Source of the DNA: Ferruginibacter sp.
GTDB lineage: Bacteria; Bacteroidota; Bacteroidia; Chitinophagales; Chitinophagaceae
Assembly (NCBI GenBank): GCA_043783135.1
Contig: JAYVZR010000052.1
Span: forward strand, 1-41,803
Direction of reading: 5' to 3'
Length of the DNA: 41,803 nt
The notes below the pieces were generated by a model that saw only the letters and a program-made list of their open reading frames with translations, ran no database searches and was not told where the DNA came from. Below are positions 1 to 9,507 of the stretch, piece after piece. A program made the translations under genes and the position numbers. Numbering within the stretch: position 1 is the first letter of the stretch; each line of letters begins with the position of its first letter.

Positions 1-210
1 ATTGTAAGCCGCATCTACAATAAAGTCATTCATAATAAATGAAGCAAAATAAAAATCGCCGGTTTTTTTCCAGTTTACATTTTTTGCTTTGGTGAAATCC
101 TTTTCAAATGCAAATTTTACTTTAGCTGTTACTTCGTCGCCATTTGAGGCAAAGGCAGAAACAGAAAACAGCAATAGCGCTGCTGTTGCAATAGTGGTTA
201 ACTTTTTCAT
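1..210 (-). CDS. Secreted hypothetical protein, partial (runs off the window start); resembles PepSY-like/BLIP-like periplasmic proteins of Bacteroidota
   Basis: Not in the ORF track. Manual translation from ATG at 210 gives MKKLTTIATAALLLFSVSAFASNGDEVTAKVKFAFEKDFTKAKNVNWKKTGDFYFASF..., with a classic signal peptide and no stop before base 1. Confidence 0.75.
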   Translation of the reverse strand, partial: MKKLTTIATAALLLFSVSAFASNGDEVTAKVKFAFEKDFTKAKNVNWKKTGDFYFASFIMNDFIVDAAYN

Positions 211-270
211 TTTATAATTTTTTTTGGTTAAGTAATGCTGCATGTTTAAGCAGCTTTAAAGTTGGTGATA

Positions 271-278
271 CAAATCTA
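271..278 (-). promoter_or_regulatory. Candidate Bacteroidota sigma-A -7 element (TAGATTTG) for the 1..210 gene
   Basis: Matches TAnnTTTG about 60 nt upstream of the ATG. Confidence 0.45.
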
Positions 279-512
279 TTTGGTCTATTACCGCCTCGCA
301 AGCAGTAATTGATAAAAACAAGGAAAAATGGCACAAAATGTATAAGCGGAACGGGAAGGATATTATTTTATAAATCTACTGCTATCACAGTATATAAGAT
401 GTATACTCTGTACTTATTTGTTAATGAAATAAAAAAATTGAAGAAGGTTTTGTTAAAAAGTAATAATGGTTTTAACCCGGCAGTCAGGCGATAATTTTTT
501 ATCTTTATCAAT

Positions 513-1109
513 ATGAATTATTTAGCCCATGCTTATTTATCATTTAACCAACCCGGTATTTTAGCAGGTAATATGATCAATGATTATATAAAAGGCAAAA
601 AAAAATTTGAATACCCCGAAGCCGTTCAAAAAGGGATGTTATTGCACAGGGCCATAGATGATTTTACAGATCATCATCCCGCAACCGAACAGGCAAAAAA
701 ATTTTTTAAGGCCGATTACAGGCTATATTCAGGTGCCTTTGTAGATGTTTTGTACGATCACTTTTTAGCCAATGATATAAATGAGTTTTATGATGAGGCT
801 GCACTATATTCCTTTTGCCAGGCAACATATAAAAGCCTGCAAAATAATTTCGCTTTATTTCCTCAAAAGTTTCAACAGGTATTGCCTTATATGCAAACGC
901 AAAACTGGTTATACAATTATCGATATAAAGAAGGTATTGAAAAAAGTTTTGGTGGCCTGGTAAAACGTGCTGCCTATTTATCAGAATCTGCTACAGCATT
1001 TGCCATTTTTAATGAGCACTATAATACATTAGAAATTTGCTATAACGATTTTTTCCCGGAGCTTAAACAATTTACTATTCAGCAATTGAAACAGCTTAAT
1101 AACAATTGA
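513..1109 (+). CDS. acpH: ACP phosphodiesterase (AcpH/DUF479 family)
   Basis: MNYLAHAYLS start; GN..D.IKG, LHRAIDDFTD.H and D.LYDHFLA motifs. Confidence 0.9.
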   Translation: MNYLAHAYLSFNQPGILAGNMINDYIKGKKKFEYPEAVQKGMLLHRAIDDFTDHHPATEQAKKFFKADYRLYSGAFVDVLYDHFLANDINEFYDEAALYSFCQATYKSLQNNFALFPQKFQQVLPYMQTQNWLYNYRYKEGIEKSFGGLVKRAAYLSESATAFAIFNEHYNTLEICYNDFFPELKQFTIQQLKQLNNN

Positions 1110-1115
1110 ATCTTT

Positions 1116-1123
1116 TATATTTG
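1116..1123 (+). promoter_or_regulatory. Candidate -7 promoter element TATATTTG
   Basis: TAnnTTTG 23 nt upstream of the ATG at 1147. Confidence 0.5.
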
Positions 1124-1146
1124 TAATTAAACACCTTATTATTAAT

Positions 1147-1710
1147 ATGAAAAGAAGATTAATTGTACTTTTTATTTTTTGCTGCTTATGTAACATGCTT
1201 ACTGCACAAACAAAATTTCCTCCCGTAGATAAATCACCGATGGATATGTGTTACTATCCGGGCAATTACCCGGTTTTAAAAATCCAGGATAAATTAACAG
1301 AGCCTTTGGTAGCAAGGGTAATTTATAGCAGGCCTCAAAAAAATAGCCGTATAATTTTTGGCGATTTAATAGCTTATGGGCAGGTGTGGAGGTTAGGCGC
1401 CAACGAAGCAACTGAAATTGAATTTTTTACTCCTGTAAGTATTGGCACTGTTAAAATAAAAAAAGGCAAGTACACGCTGTACTGTATCCCTAACCAGGAT
1501 AAATGGACATTGATAATTAATAAAGAAACAGATACCTGGGGATCATTTAAATATGATGAAACAAAAGATGTGGTAAGGATAGATGCGCCGGTTGTAAAAC
1601 AAGCAGATTCCCTGGAATATTTTGCTATGGCATTTGAAAAATCTGCTACAGGGGCAAATTTGGTAGTCGGTTGGGATGATGCACTTGTTAGTTTTCCTAT
1701 TTATTTTTAA
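1147..1710 (+). CDS. DUF2911 domain secreted protein
   Basis: Signal peptide; YSRPQK..R.IFG.L..YG.VWRLGANEATEI and G.YTLY.IP....W.LIIN motifs. Confidence 0.85.
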   Translation: MKRRLIVLFIFCCLCNMLTAQTKFPPVDKSPMDMCYYPGNYPVLKIQDKLTEPLVARVIYSRPQKNSRIIFGDLIAYGQVWRLGANEATEIEFFTPVSIGTVKIKKGKYTLYCIPNQDKWTLIINKETDTWGSFKYDETKDVVRIDAPVVKQADSLEYFAMAFEKSATGANLVVGWDDALVSFPIYF

Positions 1711-1734
1711 ATTCTTTTCACTGAATATTTTACT

Positions 1735-1762
1735 ATCCCGGCCAGTTGCCGGGATTTTTTTG
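1735..1762 (+). terminator. Rho-independent terminator
   Basis: ATCCCGGC-cagtt-GCCGGGAT hairpin followed by a T-run, just after the DUF2911 gene. Confidence 0.7.
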
Positions 1763-1775
1763 GATATTTACAACT

Positions 1776-3662
1776 ATGTGTGGAATAGCAGGGATAATAA
1801 GCCTCAATACTTTTGCAGTTACAAAGGAGCGGCTTAAAAAAATGACTGATGCATTGTCTCATCGTGGACCCGATGGACAGGCACAATGGATCAACCATGC
1901 CGGCAATGTTGGCCTTGGCCACAGAAGATTATCCATACTTGATTTAACAGATGCTGCTGCCCAGCCAATGCATTACCTTGAAAGATATTCGATTGTTTAT
2001 AATGGTGAAATCTACAATTATATTGAGTTAAAGGAACTGCTCTACAAAAAAGGATATCATTTTCAATCAAAATCTGATACCGAAGTTATTTTAGCGGCTT
2101 ATGATTACTGGAAAGAAGATTGTCTTGAACATTTTGATGGCATGTTTGCCTTCGCCATACTGGATAAAAAAGAACAAATTATTTTTTCTGCAAGAGACAG
2201 GTTTGGAGAAAAGCCATTTTACTATGTTGCCCAGGATGAATTATTTTTATTCGCAAGCGAAATGAAAGCCTTTTGGGCTATTGGTATAGAAAAGGAACCA
2301 GATGAAAAAATGCTGCTGAATTACCTTGCACTCGGCTATGTTCAAAATGCAAATAATAAAGAACAGAGTTTTTTTAAAAATATCTATTCCCTTGTGCCCG
2401 GAAGTTGCATGATACTTAATATTAAAACGCTTCAATACTGCATAGATATTTATTGGGATATTGATAAAGATACAGTAAGAAAAATTTCACGGGGCGATGC
2501 CATAGAAAAATACAGGGAGCTTTTTACTTTATCGGTCAACCGCAGGTTGCGGAGTGATGTTGCTGTAGGAACAAGCCTTAGCGGCGGATTAGACAGTTCA
2601 TCTATTCTTGCAACAATTAATCAATCGGGCGGTTCAATTAAAACATTCTCTGCTGTTTTTAAAGGTTTTGAAAAAGATGAATCACACCACATTGCTGCCG
2701 TTACCGATTATATTTCTGCAAAAAAATCTTTTAAGGGACAAATACAAAAATACTTTGTAGAACCTTCTGCATTGGGGCTGATAAAAGATTTTGAAAAACT
2801 ATGTTATTACCAGGAAGAGCCATTCCCCTCCAGCAGCATTTATGCACAATACAAGGTATTTGAATCAGCAAATCAACAACAGGTAAAAGTATTGCTGGAT
2901 GGGCAAGGGGCAGATGAAACACTGGCTGGCTATAATAAATACATTCATTGGTACCTGCAGCAACTTGCAGCCAAAAGCAACTTCGTTACTGCATACAAAG
3001 AGAAACAGTTATTGCATAAAAATGAAATACCCTTCAAATGGGGAATCAAAAATTATCTGGCCGCTTATCTTCCGGCACATGCAGTTATTCAGTTAGAGCA
3101 GAATGAATACATGAAAACAATCAGGCATCCGGATATTGATAAAGATTTTGTAGCAGCCTTACAGGGAAGAGAATGGGAAGGCATACGCAAACCCATCATT
3201 ACAAAATTAAATGATATTTTATATTTCAATACACATACACTGGGCCTGGAAGAGCTGCTTCGTTTTGCTGACAGAAACAGCATGGCACATGGAAAAGAAG
3301 TGAGGCTGCCATTTTTAAATCATAAACTGGTAGAGTTTATTTTTTCTTTACCTGCCAGTTATAAGATACACAATGGCTGGACCAAATGGATACTTCGTAA
3401 AATGATGGATAAAAAATTACCGGATGAAATAGTGTGGCGAAAAGATAAAGTGGGTTATGAACCCCCGCAAAAACAATGGATGCAAAATGAAACCCTGCAG
3501 GATTACATGCAGGAGGCAAAAAGAAAACTTGTTAATAAGGGGGTACTGCAAAAAAAAGTACTCAATAAAAAGATAGTACCAAAAGCAGCCTATGAAGAAA
3601 ATAATTATGACTGGCGGTATTTGTGTGCTGCACAAATAATATCTTCTGATGCTTATGTATAA
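1776..3662 (+). CDS. asnB: Asparagine synthase (glutamine-hydrolysing) family amidotransferase
   Basis: True start MCGIAG at 1776 (Ntn Cys); HRGPD, HRRLSILDL, NGEIYN, RDRFGEKP, SLSGGLDSS, GQGADE and EVRLPFL motifs. Confidence 0.92.
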   Translation: MCGIAGIISLNTFAVTKERLKKMTDALSHRGPDGQAQWINHAGNVGLGHRRLSILDLTDAAAQPMHYLERYSIVYNGEIYNYIELKELLYKKGYHFQSKSDTEVILAAYDYWKEDCLEHFDGMFAFAILDKKEQIIFSARDRFGEKPFYYVAQDELFLFASEMKAFWAIGIEKEPDEKMLLNYLALGYVQNANNKEQSFFKNIYSLVPGSCMILNIKTLQYCIDIYWDIDKDTVRKISRGDAIEKYRELFTLSVNRRLRSDVAVGTSLSGGLDSSSILATINQSGGSIKTFSAVFKGFEKDESHHIAAVTDYISAKKSFKGQIQKYFVEPSALGLIKDFEKLCYYQEEPFPSSSIYAQYKVFESANQQQVKVLLDGQGADETLAGYNKYIHWYLQQLAAKSNFVTAYKEKQLLHKNEIPFKWGIKNYLAAYLPAHAVIQLEQNEYMKTIRHPDIDKDFVAALQGREWEGIRKPIITKLNDILYFNTHTLGLEELLRFADRNSMAHGKEVRLPFLNHKLVEFIFSLPASYKIHNGWTKWILRKMMDKKLPDEIVWRKDKVGYEPPQKQWMQNETLQDYMQEAKRKLVNKGVLQKKVLNKKIVPKAAYEENNYDWRYLCAAQIISSDAYV

Positions 3663-3779
3663 ATACATAACATCATATTTTTCCTTTTTATCACCCCATC
3701 ATTTTTTTCTATAAACTTTTAACAGCCTCAAAATGATGTTACTTTGCAGTGAATATTACAAATCAATAATAGTTAAACA

Positions 3780-4919
3780 ATGAAACTTGCAACTAAAATA
3801 ATACATGCCGGTGCAGAGCCAGACCCATCCACAGGCGCCATCATGATACCTATTTATCAAACCTCTACTTATGTACAGGAAGCCCCCGGTGTAAATAAAG
3901 GTTACGAATATGCCCGTAGCCAAAACCCAACACGTAAAGCATTAGAAGATGCTTATGCAATTATTGAAAATGCAAAATATGCGTTGGCTTTTAGCAGTGG
4001 CGTTGCAGCAACCGACAGTGTAATAAAATTACTGAACCCAGGCGAGGAAGTTATTGCAGCAAGAGATATGTACGGTGGCAGTTATAGATTGTTTACAAAA
4101 GTGTGGGAGCGGTACAATATAAAATTCATTTATGTTGATACCACCAATATCGCCAGTGTAAAAGCAGCAGTAACCAGCAACACAAAATTAATCTGGGTTG
4201 AAACGCCTACCAATCCTTTAATGAACATTACAGATATTGAAGCCATTGCAGGCATTGCACAACAAGCCAATGCATTGCTTTGTGTTGACAATACTTTTGC
4301 ATCGCCATATTTGCAAAACCCAATTGATTTGGGCGCTGATATTGTAATGCACAGTGCTACAAAATATCTGGGTGGCCACAGCGATGTAATACAGGGTTGT
4401 CTGATGATGAACGATGCGGCACTTAGGGAAAAATTATATTTTATTCAGAAAAGCTGCGGTGCAGTACCGGGCCCAATGGATTGTTTTTTAGTATTGAGGG
4501 GAATCAAGACCCTTCATGTACGCATGAAACAACATTGCATTAATGGTGAAAAAATTGCACGCTGGCTGGTCAAACATCCTAAAGTTGTCAAAGTTTACTG
4601 GCCCGGTTTTGAAGACAGTGCGGGCTATGCTGTTGCAAAAAAACAAATGCGTGATTTTGGAGGAATGATAAGTTTTGAATTGAAAGATGATAGCGATAAT
4701 GAAGTAAAAAGAGTTTTATCATCCACACATCTTTTTTCACTGGCAGAAAGTTTAGGTGGTGTAGAATCATTGATCAATCACCCTGCAAGTATGACGCATG
4801 CGAGTATCCCCAAAGAAGAAAGAATAAAGAACGGGCTTAGTGATGGCCTTATACGTTTAAGTGTAGGCATCGAAGATGCAGACGACCTTATTGAAGATTT
4901 ATCAAATGCTATTGGATAA
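3780..4919 (+). CDS. Cystathionine gamma-synthase/gamma-lyase family PLP enzyme
   Basis: PIYQTSTY, YAR..NPTR, ETPTNP, DNTFASP, HSATKYLGGHSD (PLP Lys), AESLGGVESL and RLSVGIED motifs. Confidence 0.92.
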   Translation: MKLATKIIHAGAEPDPSTGAIMIPIYQTSTYVQEAPGVNKGYEYARSQNPTRKALEDAYAIIENAKYALAFSSGVAATDSVIKLLNPGEEVIAARDMYGGSYRLFTKVWERYNIKFIYVDTTNIASVKAAVTSNTKLIWVETPTNPLMNITDIEAIAGIAQQANALLCVDNTFASPYLQNPIDLGADIVMHSATKYLGGHSDVIQGCLMMNDAALREKLYFIQKSCGAVPGPMDCFLVLRGIKTLHVRMKQHCINGEKIARWLVKHPKVVKVYWPGFEDSAGYAVAKKQMRDFGGMISFELKDDSDNEVKRVLSSTHLFSLAESLGGVESLINHPASMTHASIPKEERIKNGLSDGLIRLSVGIEDADDLIEDLSNAIG

Positions 4920-4923
4920 TACG

Positions 4924-5175
4924 ATGAATAATTTTATTGAAATAATTGGATGGATTGGCGCCGTATTAATTGTAGGCGCCTATTTCTTTAATATCAACGG
5001 AAAATTAAAAAGTTCTTCCATTGTGTATATCATCAGCAATTTATTGGGTGGTATTTTTTTTACCCTTAATACTTTTGTTCATAAGGCTTACCCATCTATG
5101 ATTGTAAACATTATCTGGGTGATAATTGCCATTGCTGCCATCCTAAAAAAAGACAAACCGGTTCCATTAAATTAA
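4924..5175 (+). CDS. Small membrane protein (CBU_0592-like, about 3 TM helices)
   Basis: Likely start MNNFIEIIGWIG at 4924, just after the upstream stop; hydrophobic segments; N..G....N...AYPS...N.IW pattern. Confidence 0.7.
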   Translation: MNNFIEIIGWIGAVLIVGAYFFNINGKLKSSSIVYIISNLLGGIFFTLNTFVHKAYPSMIVNIIWVIIAIAAILKKDKPVPLN

Positions 5176-5182
5176 AGCATAC

Positions 5183-5989
5183 GTGGAAAAGAACCTTAAA
5201 AAAGAATTAGATAAAAAAGTAAAGCTTTATAACCAGCCTGGTTTTATAAAAGATGACCCTATTTCAATTCCTCATTTATTTTCCAAAAAACAAGATATTG
5301 AAATAGCCGGTTTTTTTGCAGCAATATTTTCCTGGGGCAACCGCACAACAATTATCAATAAAAGTAAGGAACTATTGCAACTGATGGACAATGCCCCGCA
5401 TGATTTTTGTTTGCTGCATAACAGCAAGGCATTAAAAAATCTTGAAAAATTTAAGCATAGAACTTTTACTGCAACTGACCTGTTGTACTTTGTAGAATTT
5501 TTTAAATTTCATTATTCCACCCACGATTCATTGGAAATTGCTTTTATAAAAGGGATGCATAAAAAAGATAAAACAATCGAAAATGGGTTAAAAGGCTTTT
5601 ATGACTATTTCTTTTCATTACCTGATGTTCCTCAAAGGACAAAAAAGCATATCGCCTCTCCGGAAAAAAATTCTTCCTGTAAACGATTAAATATGTTTTT
5701 GCGCTGGATGGTGCGCAATGATAATAAAGGAGTTGATTTTGGTATCTGGAAAAACATATCGCCGTCACAACTTATTTGCCCAATTGATGTGCATGTGGCA
5801 AGGGTTTCAAAAAGATTTAATTTATTAACCCGTAATCAAACCGATTGGAATGCTGCACTGGAGTTAACCGCTTATTTACGGACACTGGATAAAAACGATC
5901 CGGTAAAATATGATTTTGCTTTATTTGGTATGGGTATAACAGATAAACCTTCCGCAATGAATTATAGTGCTTTAAAAATAATCAAATGA
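5183..5989 (+). CDS. TIGR02757 / DUF2400 family protein
   Basis: DDPISIPH, SSCKRLNMFLRWMVR, VDFGIW, PIDVHVAR and DPVKYDFALFG motifs. Confidence 0.88.
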   Translation: MEKNLKKELDKKVKLYNQPGFIKDDPISIPHLFSKKQDIEIAGFFAAIFSWGNRTTIINKSKELLQLMDNAPHDFCLLHNSKALKNLEKFKHRTFTATDLLYFVEFFKFHYSTHDSLEIAFIKGMHKKDKTIENGLKGFYDYFFSLPDVPQRTKKHIASPEKNSSCKRLNMFLRWMVRNDNKGVDFGIWKNISPSQLICPIDVHVARVSKRFNLLTRNQTDWNAALELTAYLRTLDKNDPVKYDFALFGMGITDKPSAMNYSALKIIK

Positions 5990-6303
5990 ACCCGCAACTG
6001 CAATATTATCTTCAACAAACATTTGGTTTGCCTGATAAAGTAGACAGCAGGCCCCAGGCAGAAGTTTTTTTAGCAGCGCAAATAAATGAATTGATTAAAA
6101 ACGATTTTAACCAACTGGTACAAATACTTTACCGTTTAGATGTTAATGAAACAAAGTTAAAACAGGTATTAAATAACAACCCCAATGAAGATGCAGGAAA
6201 AATAATTGCTGCTTTAATAATTGAACGCCAGTTACAAAAAACAAAAAGCCGTGAAGAATTTAGCAAAAAAAATAATCCTTTATCTGATGAAGAAAAATGG
6301 TAA
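5986..6303 (+). CDS. Conserved hypothetical protein
   Basis: ATGA overlap with the upstream gene; INELI..DF..L..ILYRLDV.E.KL...IIERQLQK pattern typical of a Bacteroidota hypothetical family. Confidence 0.7.
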   Translation: MNPQLQYYLQQTFGLPDKVDSRPQAEVFLAAQINELIKNDFNQLVQILYRLDVNETKLKQVLNNNPNEDAGKIIAALIIERQLQKTKSREEFSKKNNPLSDEEKW

Positions 6304-6439
6304 GGGTGCACTCTAAATTATCGTTTTATTAAACTGACTCAAAAATGTATAAACTCTTTACTGCAAAGGGCTCTAAAGCCCTCTCCCTTGGAGAGGGTTT
6401 GGGTGAGGTCAAACGAAATGCTATAATTTAAATGCACCC
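6304..6439. mobile_element. Putative MITE-like element (136 bp) with terminal inverted repeats and an internal REP-like hairpin
   Basis: Left end GGGTGCACTCTAAATTAT versus right-end reverse complement GGGTGCATTTAAATTAT; internal CCCTCTCC-ctt-GGAGAGGG at 6379-6397. Confidence 0.55.
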
Positions 6440-6492
6440 ATTAACAGTCAGGATATCATTTAATAGTTATTTTCGTAATCAATTTAAACAAT

Positions 6493-7503
6493 ATGAAGTT
6501 AGTTACTTATTTAAAAGATGGGCATGATCAATTGGCGATGGCAATAAACGGTATGCTGCATGATATGAATGAAATACATCCTGAGCTGCCCACCAGCATG
6601 GCCATGTTTTTAAATTATTGGGATGATTATTTTCCGGCTGCAAAAATTGCCGAACAAAGAATTAAAGATGGGTTAAAAGGAAATTTGTATGCCACAGACT
6701 GGGATGAAAGTGTGCTGCTGGCGCCAGTACCTTATCCTACCAGTTGCCGGGATGCATATGCATTCCGGCAGCATGTAGCCGCTGCAAGGCGTAACAGAAA
6801 AGCAGATATGATTGCTGAATTTGACCAATACCCTATTTTTTATTTTACCAACCACAACAGTATACAAGGTCCTGGTGAAATACTTTGTATGCCCGACCAT
6901 TTTAATAAATTAGATTTTGAACTGGAAGCAGCCATTGTAATATGCAGGCCCGGCAAAAATATCAAGGCATCAGAAGCAGATGAATACATTGGCGGGTTAA
7001 TGATTATGAACGATATGAGTGCAAGAACATTGCAAATGGAAGAAATGCTGCTAAACCTTGGCCCCGCTAAAGGAAAAGATTTTGCCACAGTTATTGGCCC
7101 CATGCTGGTTACAACAGATGAGTTAGAAGAATATGTAGTGCCCTGCCAGGAAAATCATACCGGTAAATCCTGGAACCTTGGGATGAAATGTTCAGTAAAT
7201 GGTATGCCTGTTAGCGAAGGAAATGTAAGCGATATGACATGGACATTTGCCGAAATAATTGAAAGAAGCAGTTATGGTGTGCAATTATTTGCAGGCGATA
7301 TTATTGGCAGCGGTACGGTTGGCACAGGTTGTTTTTTAGAACTGAATGGAACAGGTAAATTAAATGATCCCAATTACCAGGAACAATGGTTAAAGGAAGG
7401 AGATATTGTTGAAATGGAAATTGATGGATTAGGGAAATTGACAAATACTATTGTAGCAGAAGATTCTGACTGGAGTATATTTCAACAAAAAAAGAATATC
7501 TAA
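6493..7503 (+). CDS. Fumarylacetoacetate hydrolase family protein
   Basis: RD.YAF.QH, LDFELE, NDMSAR.LQ, KGKDFAT..GP and GDIIGSGTVG motifs. Confidence 0.88.
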   Translation: MKLVTYLKDGHDQLAMAINGMLHDMNEIHPELPTSMAMFLNYWDDYFPAAKIAEQRIKDGLKGNLYATDWDESVLLAPVPYPTSCRDAYAFRQHVAAARRNRKADMIAEFDQYPIFYFTNHNSIQGPGEILCMPDHFNKLDFELEAAIVICRPGKNIKASEADEYIGGLMIMNDMSARTLQMEEMLLNLGPAKGKDFATVIGPMLVTTDELEEYVVPCQENHTGKSWNLGMKCSVNGMPVSEGNVSDMTWTFAEIIERSSYGVQLFAGDIIGSGTVGTGCFLELNGTGKLNDPNYQEQWLKEGDIVEMEIDGLGKLTNTIVAEDSDWSIFQQKKNI

Positions 7504-7511
7504 TTGTAAAA

Positions 7512-8606
7512 ATGAATAAAATTTTAACGCTGTTTCTTCTGCAATGGCTTGTTTCTATAGGCCTTTTTGCGCAGGAAAATCTTTCAAAAAGATTGGACTC
7601 CTTGTTTAATTCTATTTGTAAACAAGGGGAACCAGGAGGAGCATTATTAGTAGCGCATGGAGATAACGTACTTTTTTCCAAAGGATATGGTGTTGCTGAT
7701 ATCAATACAAAAGAAAAAATAACTGCTCACACACAATTTAATATTGGTTCCATCACAAAAACATTTGTAAGTAACGCAATACTTATACTGGCGCAGCGAA
7801 ATAAACTAAGCCTGGATGATAACCTCTTAAAATATTTCCCCGCTTTTAAAAATAAAAGCATTGCACAAAAAGTGCAAATTAAACATTTACTAAGCCATGT
7901 AAGTGGTTTGCCCGATTGCAGGGAAGTTTCAAAAAATATAATCTATTATTTAACAGCAAATGATAAACAAAACTTTGCGCCACTACAGCAAACAGATACA
8001 TTGGTTTTTGAACCAGGTAGCAAATTTGAATATAGTAATCCTGCTTTTAATGGCCTTGCACTCATTATTGAAATGGTTACTGGTATAATATGGCAGGATT
8101 TTGTACGCCAGGAAATATTTGTTAAAGCAGGTATGAAGGAAAGTGATATTACCGATGGTGCCCACCCCGAAAAAGGTGTAGCGCATGGATATGAAAAAGA
8201 AAAAAACAAGTTTAAAGAATTGGACTATGGTGAAGAACCTACTTTTTGTGCTGCCGGAAATGGAGGCATCTGGTGTTCTGTAAATGATTTGTATAAATAT
8301 TACCAGGCATTAATGAAGCCTTCATTTTTAAACAGAGAAATTATCAGCAACAGCATGCAGGTAAAAAAATTTGAAACCTGGAGTGATATCACCAAACCAT
8401 TTGTAGGATATAGCTGGTTTGTAACAAAAACGTTTGACGGCCAGTTACGAATTGGGCATACCGGAAGCCAGGGAGGCTTTACCGCCAACTTTCAGTTTAT
8501 ACCCCAACGTAAAATATTTGTAACCATGCTTTTTAATACACCACAGCAGGTACAGGAAATTATGACTAAAATTGAATTGATATTGCAGCAGGAAAAATAT
8601 TTATAA
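7512..8606 (+). CDS. Serine hydrolase, beta-lactamase/AmpC-like family, secreted
   Basis: Signal peptide; F.IGSITK (SxxK), LLSH.SG, YSN and HTG motifs. Confidence 0.85.
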   Translation: MNKILTLFLLQWLVSIGLFAQENLSKRLDSLFNSICKQGEPGGALLVAHGDNVLFSKGYGVADINTKEKITAHTQFNIGSITKTFVSNAILILAQRNKLSLDDNLLKYFPAFKNKSIAQKVQIKHLLSHVSGLPDCREVSKNIIYYLTANDKQNFAPLQQTDTLVFEPGSKFEYSNPAFNGLALIIEMVTGIIWQDFVRQEIFVKAGMKESDITDGAHPEKGVAHGYEKEKNKFKELDYGEEPTFCAAGNGGIWCSVNDLYKYYQALMKPSFLNREIISNSMQVKKFETWSDITKPFVGYSWFVTKTFDGQLRIGHTGSQGGFTANFQFIPQRKIFVTMLFNTPQQVQEIMTKIELILQQEKYL

Positions 8607-9488
8607 ATGATATTAAATCTAAAAGATTTAAAACCGGCAGCTGTTCAAAATTACCTGCAGCATGCTATTGCGCCAAGGCCAATATGTTTTGCTTCTACCA
8701 TAGATAAAGATGGAAATATCAATTTAAGCCCCTTTAGTTTTTTCAATTTATTTTCTTCCAATCCACCCATTGTAATTTTTTCTCCGGCCAGGCGGGTAAG
8801 GGATAATACTACCAAACACACATTACAAAATGTACTGGAAGTTAAAGAAGTGGTTATTAATATTGTTGATTACGAAATGGTTCACCAGGTATCACTGGCC
8901 AGTTGTGAGTTTACAAAAGATGTAAATGAATTTACAAAAACTGGTTTTACTATGGAGTCTGCAACTGTAGTAAAACCTCCCATGGTAAAAGAAAGCAAGA
9001 TAAAATTAGAGTGCATTGTAAATGAAGTAAAGCATTTAGGTACCGAAGCCGGGGCGGGCAATTTAGTAATTTGCGAAGTTATCTGCATGCATATTGATGA
9101 AAGTATTTTAGATGAAAATAAAAAAATAGACCAAACAAAAATACAGCATGTTGCAAGGCTTGGTAGTGATTGGTATTGCAAAGTGGATGAAAGCAATCTG
9201 TTTAAAGTAGAAAAACCAAATACACAATTAGGTATTGGTGTAGATGCGCTTCCCGCAGATATCCGTAGCAGTAAAATACTTACAGGAAATAACCTGGGTC
9301 AACTTGCCAATGTACATGAAATGCCTCTTGTTGACCCCGCCTTTTTTGATGATACGCTAAAAAATATTATTCAGTATTATTCTATTAACCCCGATGAAAT
9401 GGAAAAGGAGTTGCACCACTATGCAAAAGAATTGCTGGATGCTGGAAAAGTTAAAGAAGCCTGGCAGGTGCTATTGGCTTTAAATTAA
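8607..9488 (+). CDS. Flavin reductase family protein (DIM6/NTAB-like)
   Basis: APRPI.FAST...G..NLSPFSFFN, KHTL.N, VINIV and ARLG..WY motifs. Confidence 0.88.
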   Translation: MILNLKDLKPAAVQNYLQHAIAPRPICFASTIDKDGNINLSPFSFFNLFSSNPPIVIFSPARRVRDNTTKHTLQNVLEVKEVVINIVDYEMVHQVSLASCEFTKDVNEFTKTGFTMESATVVKPPMVKESKIKLECIVNEVKHLGTEAGAGNLVICEVICMHIDESILDENKKIDQTKIQHVARLGSDWYCKVDESNLFKVEKPNTQLGIGVDALPADIRSSKILTGNNLGQLANVHEMPLVDPAFFDDTLKNIIQYYSINPDEMEKELHHYAKELLDAGKVKEAWQVLLALN

Positions 9489-9507
9489 ATAATGTAAATT
9501 TACAGTG

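Noticed and set aside
309-494. 61-aa ORF
   Set aside because: TTG start, low-complexity AT-rich sequence, and it lies in a divergent promoter region.
1746-1775. N-terminal extension of asnB in the ORF track
   Set aside because: It starts inside a terminator hairpin, and Ntn amidotransferases need Cys at position 2 (MCG at 1776).
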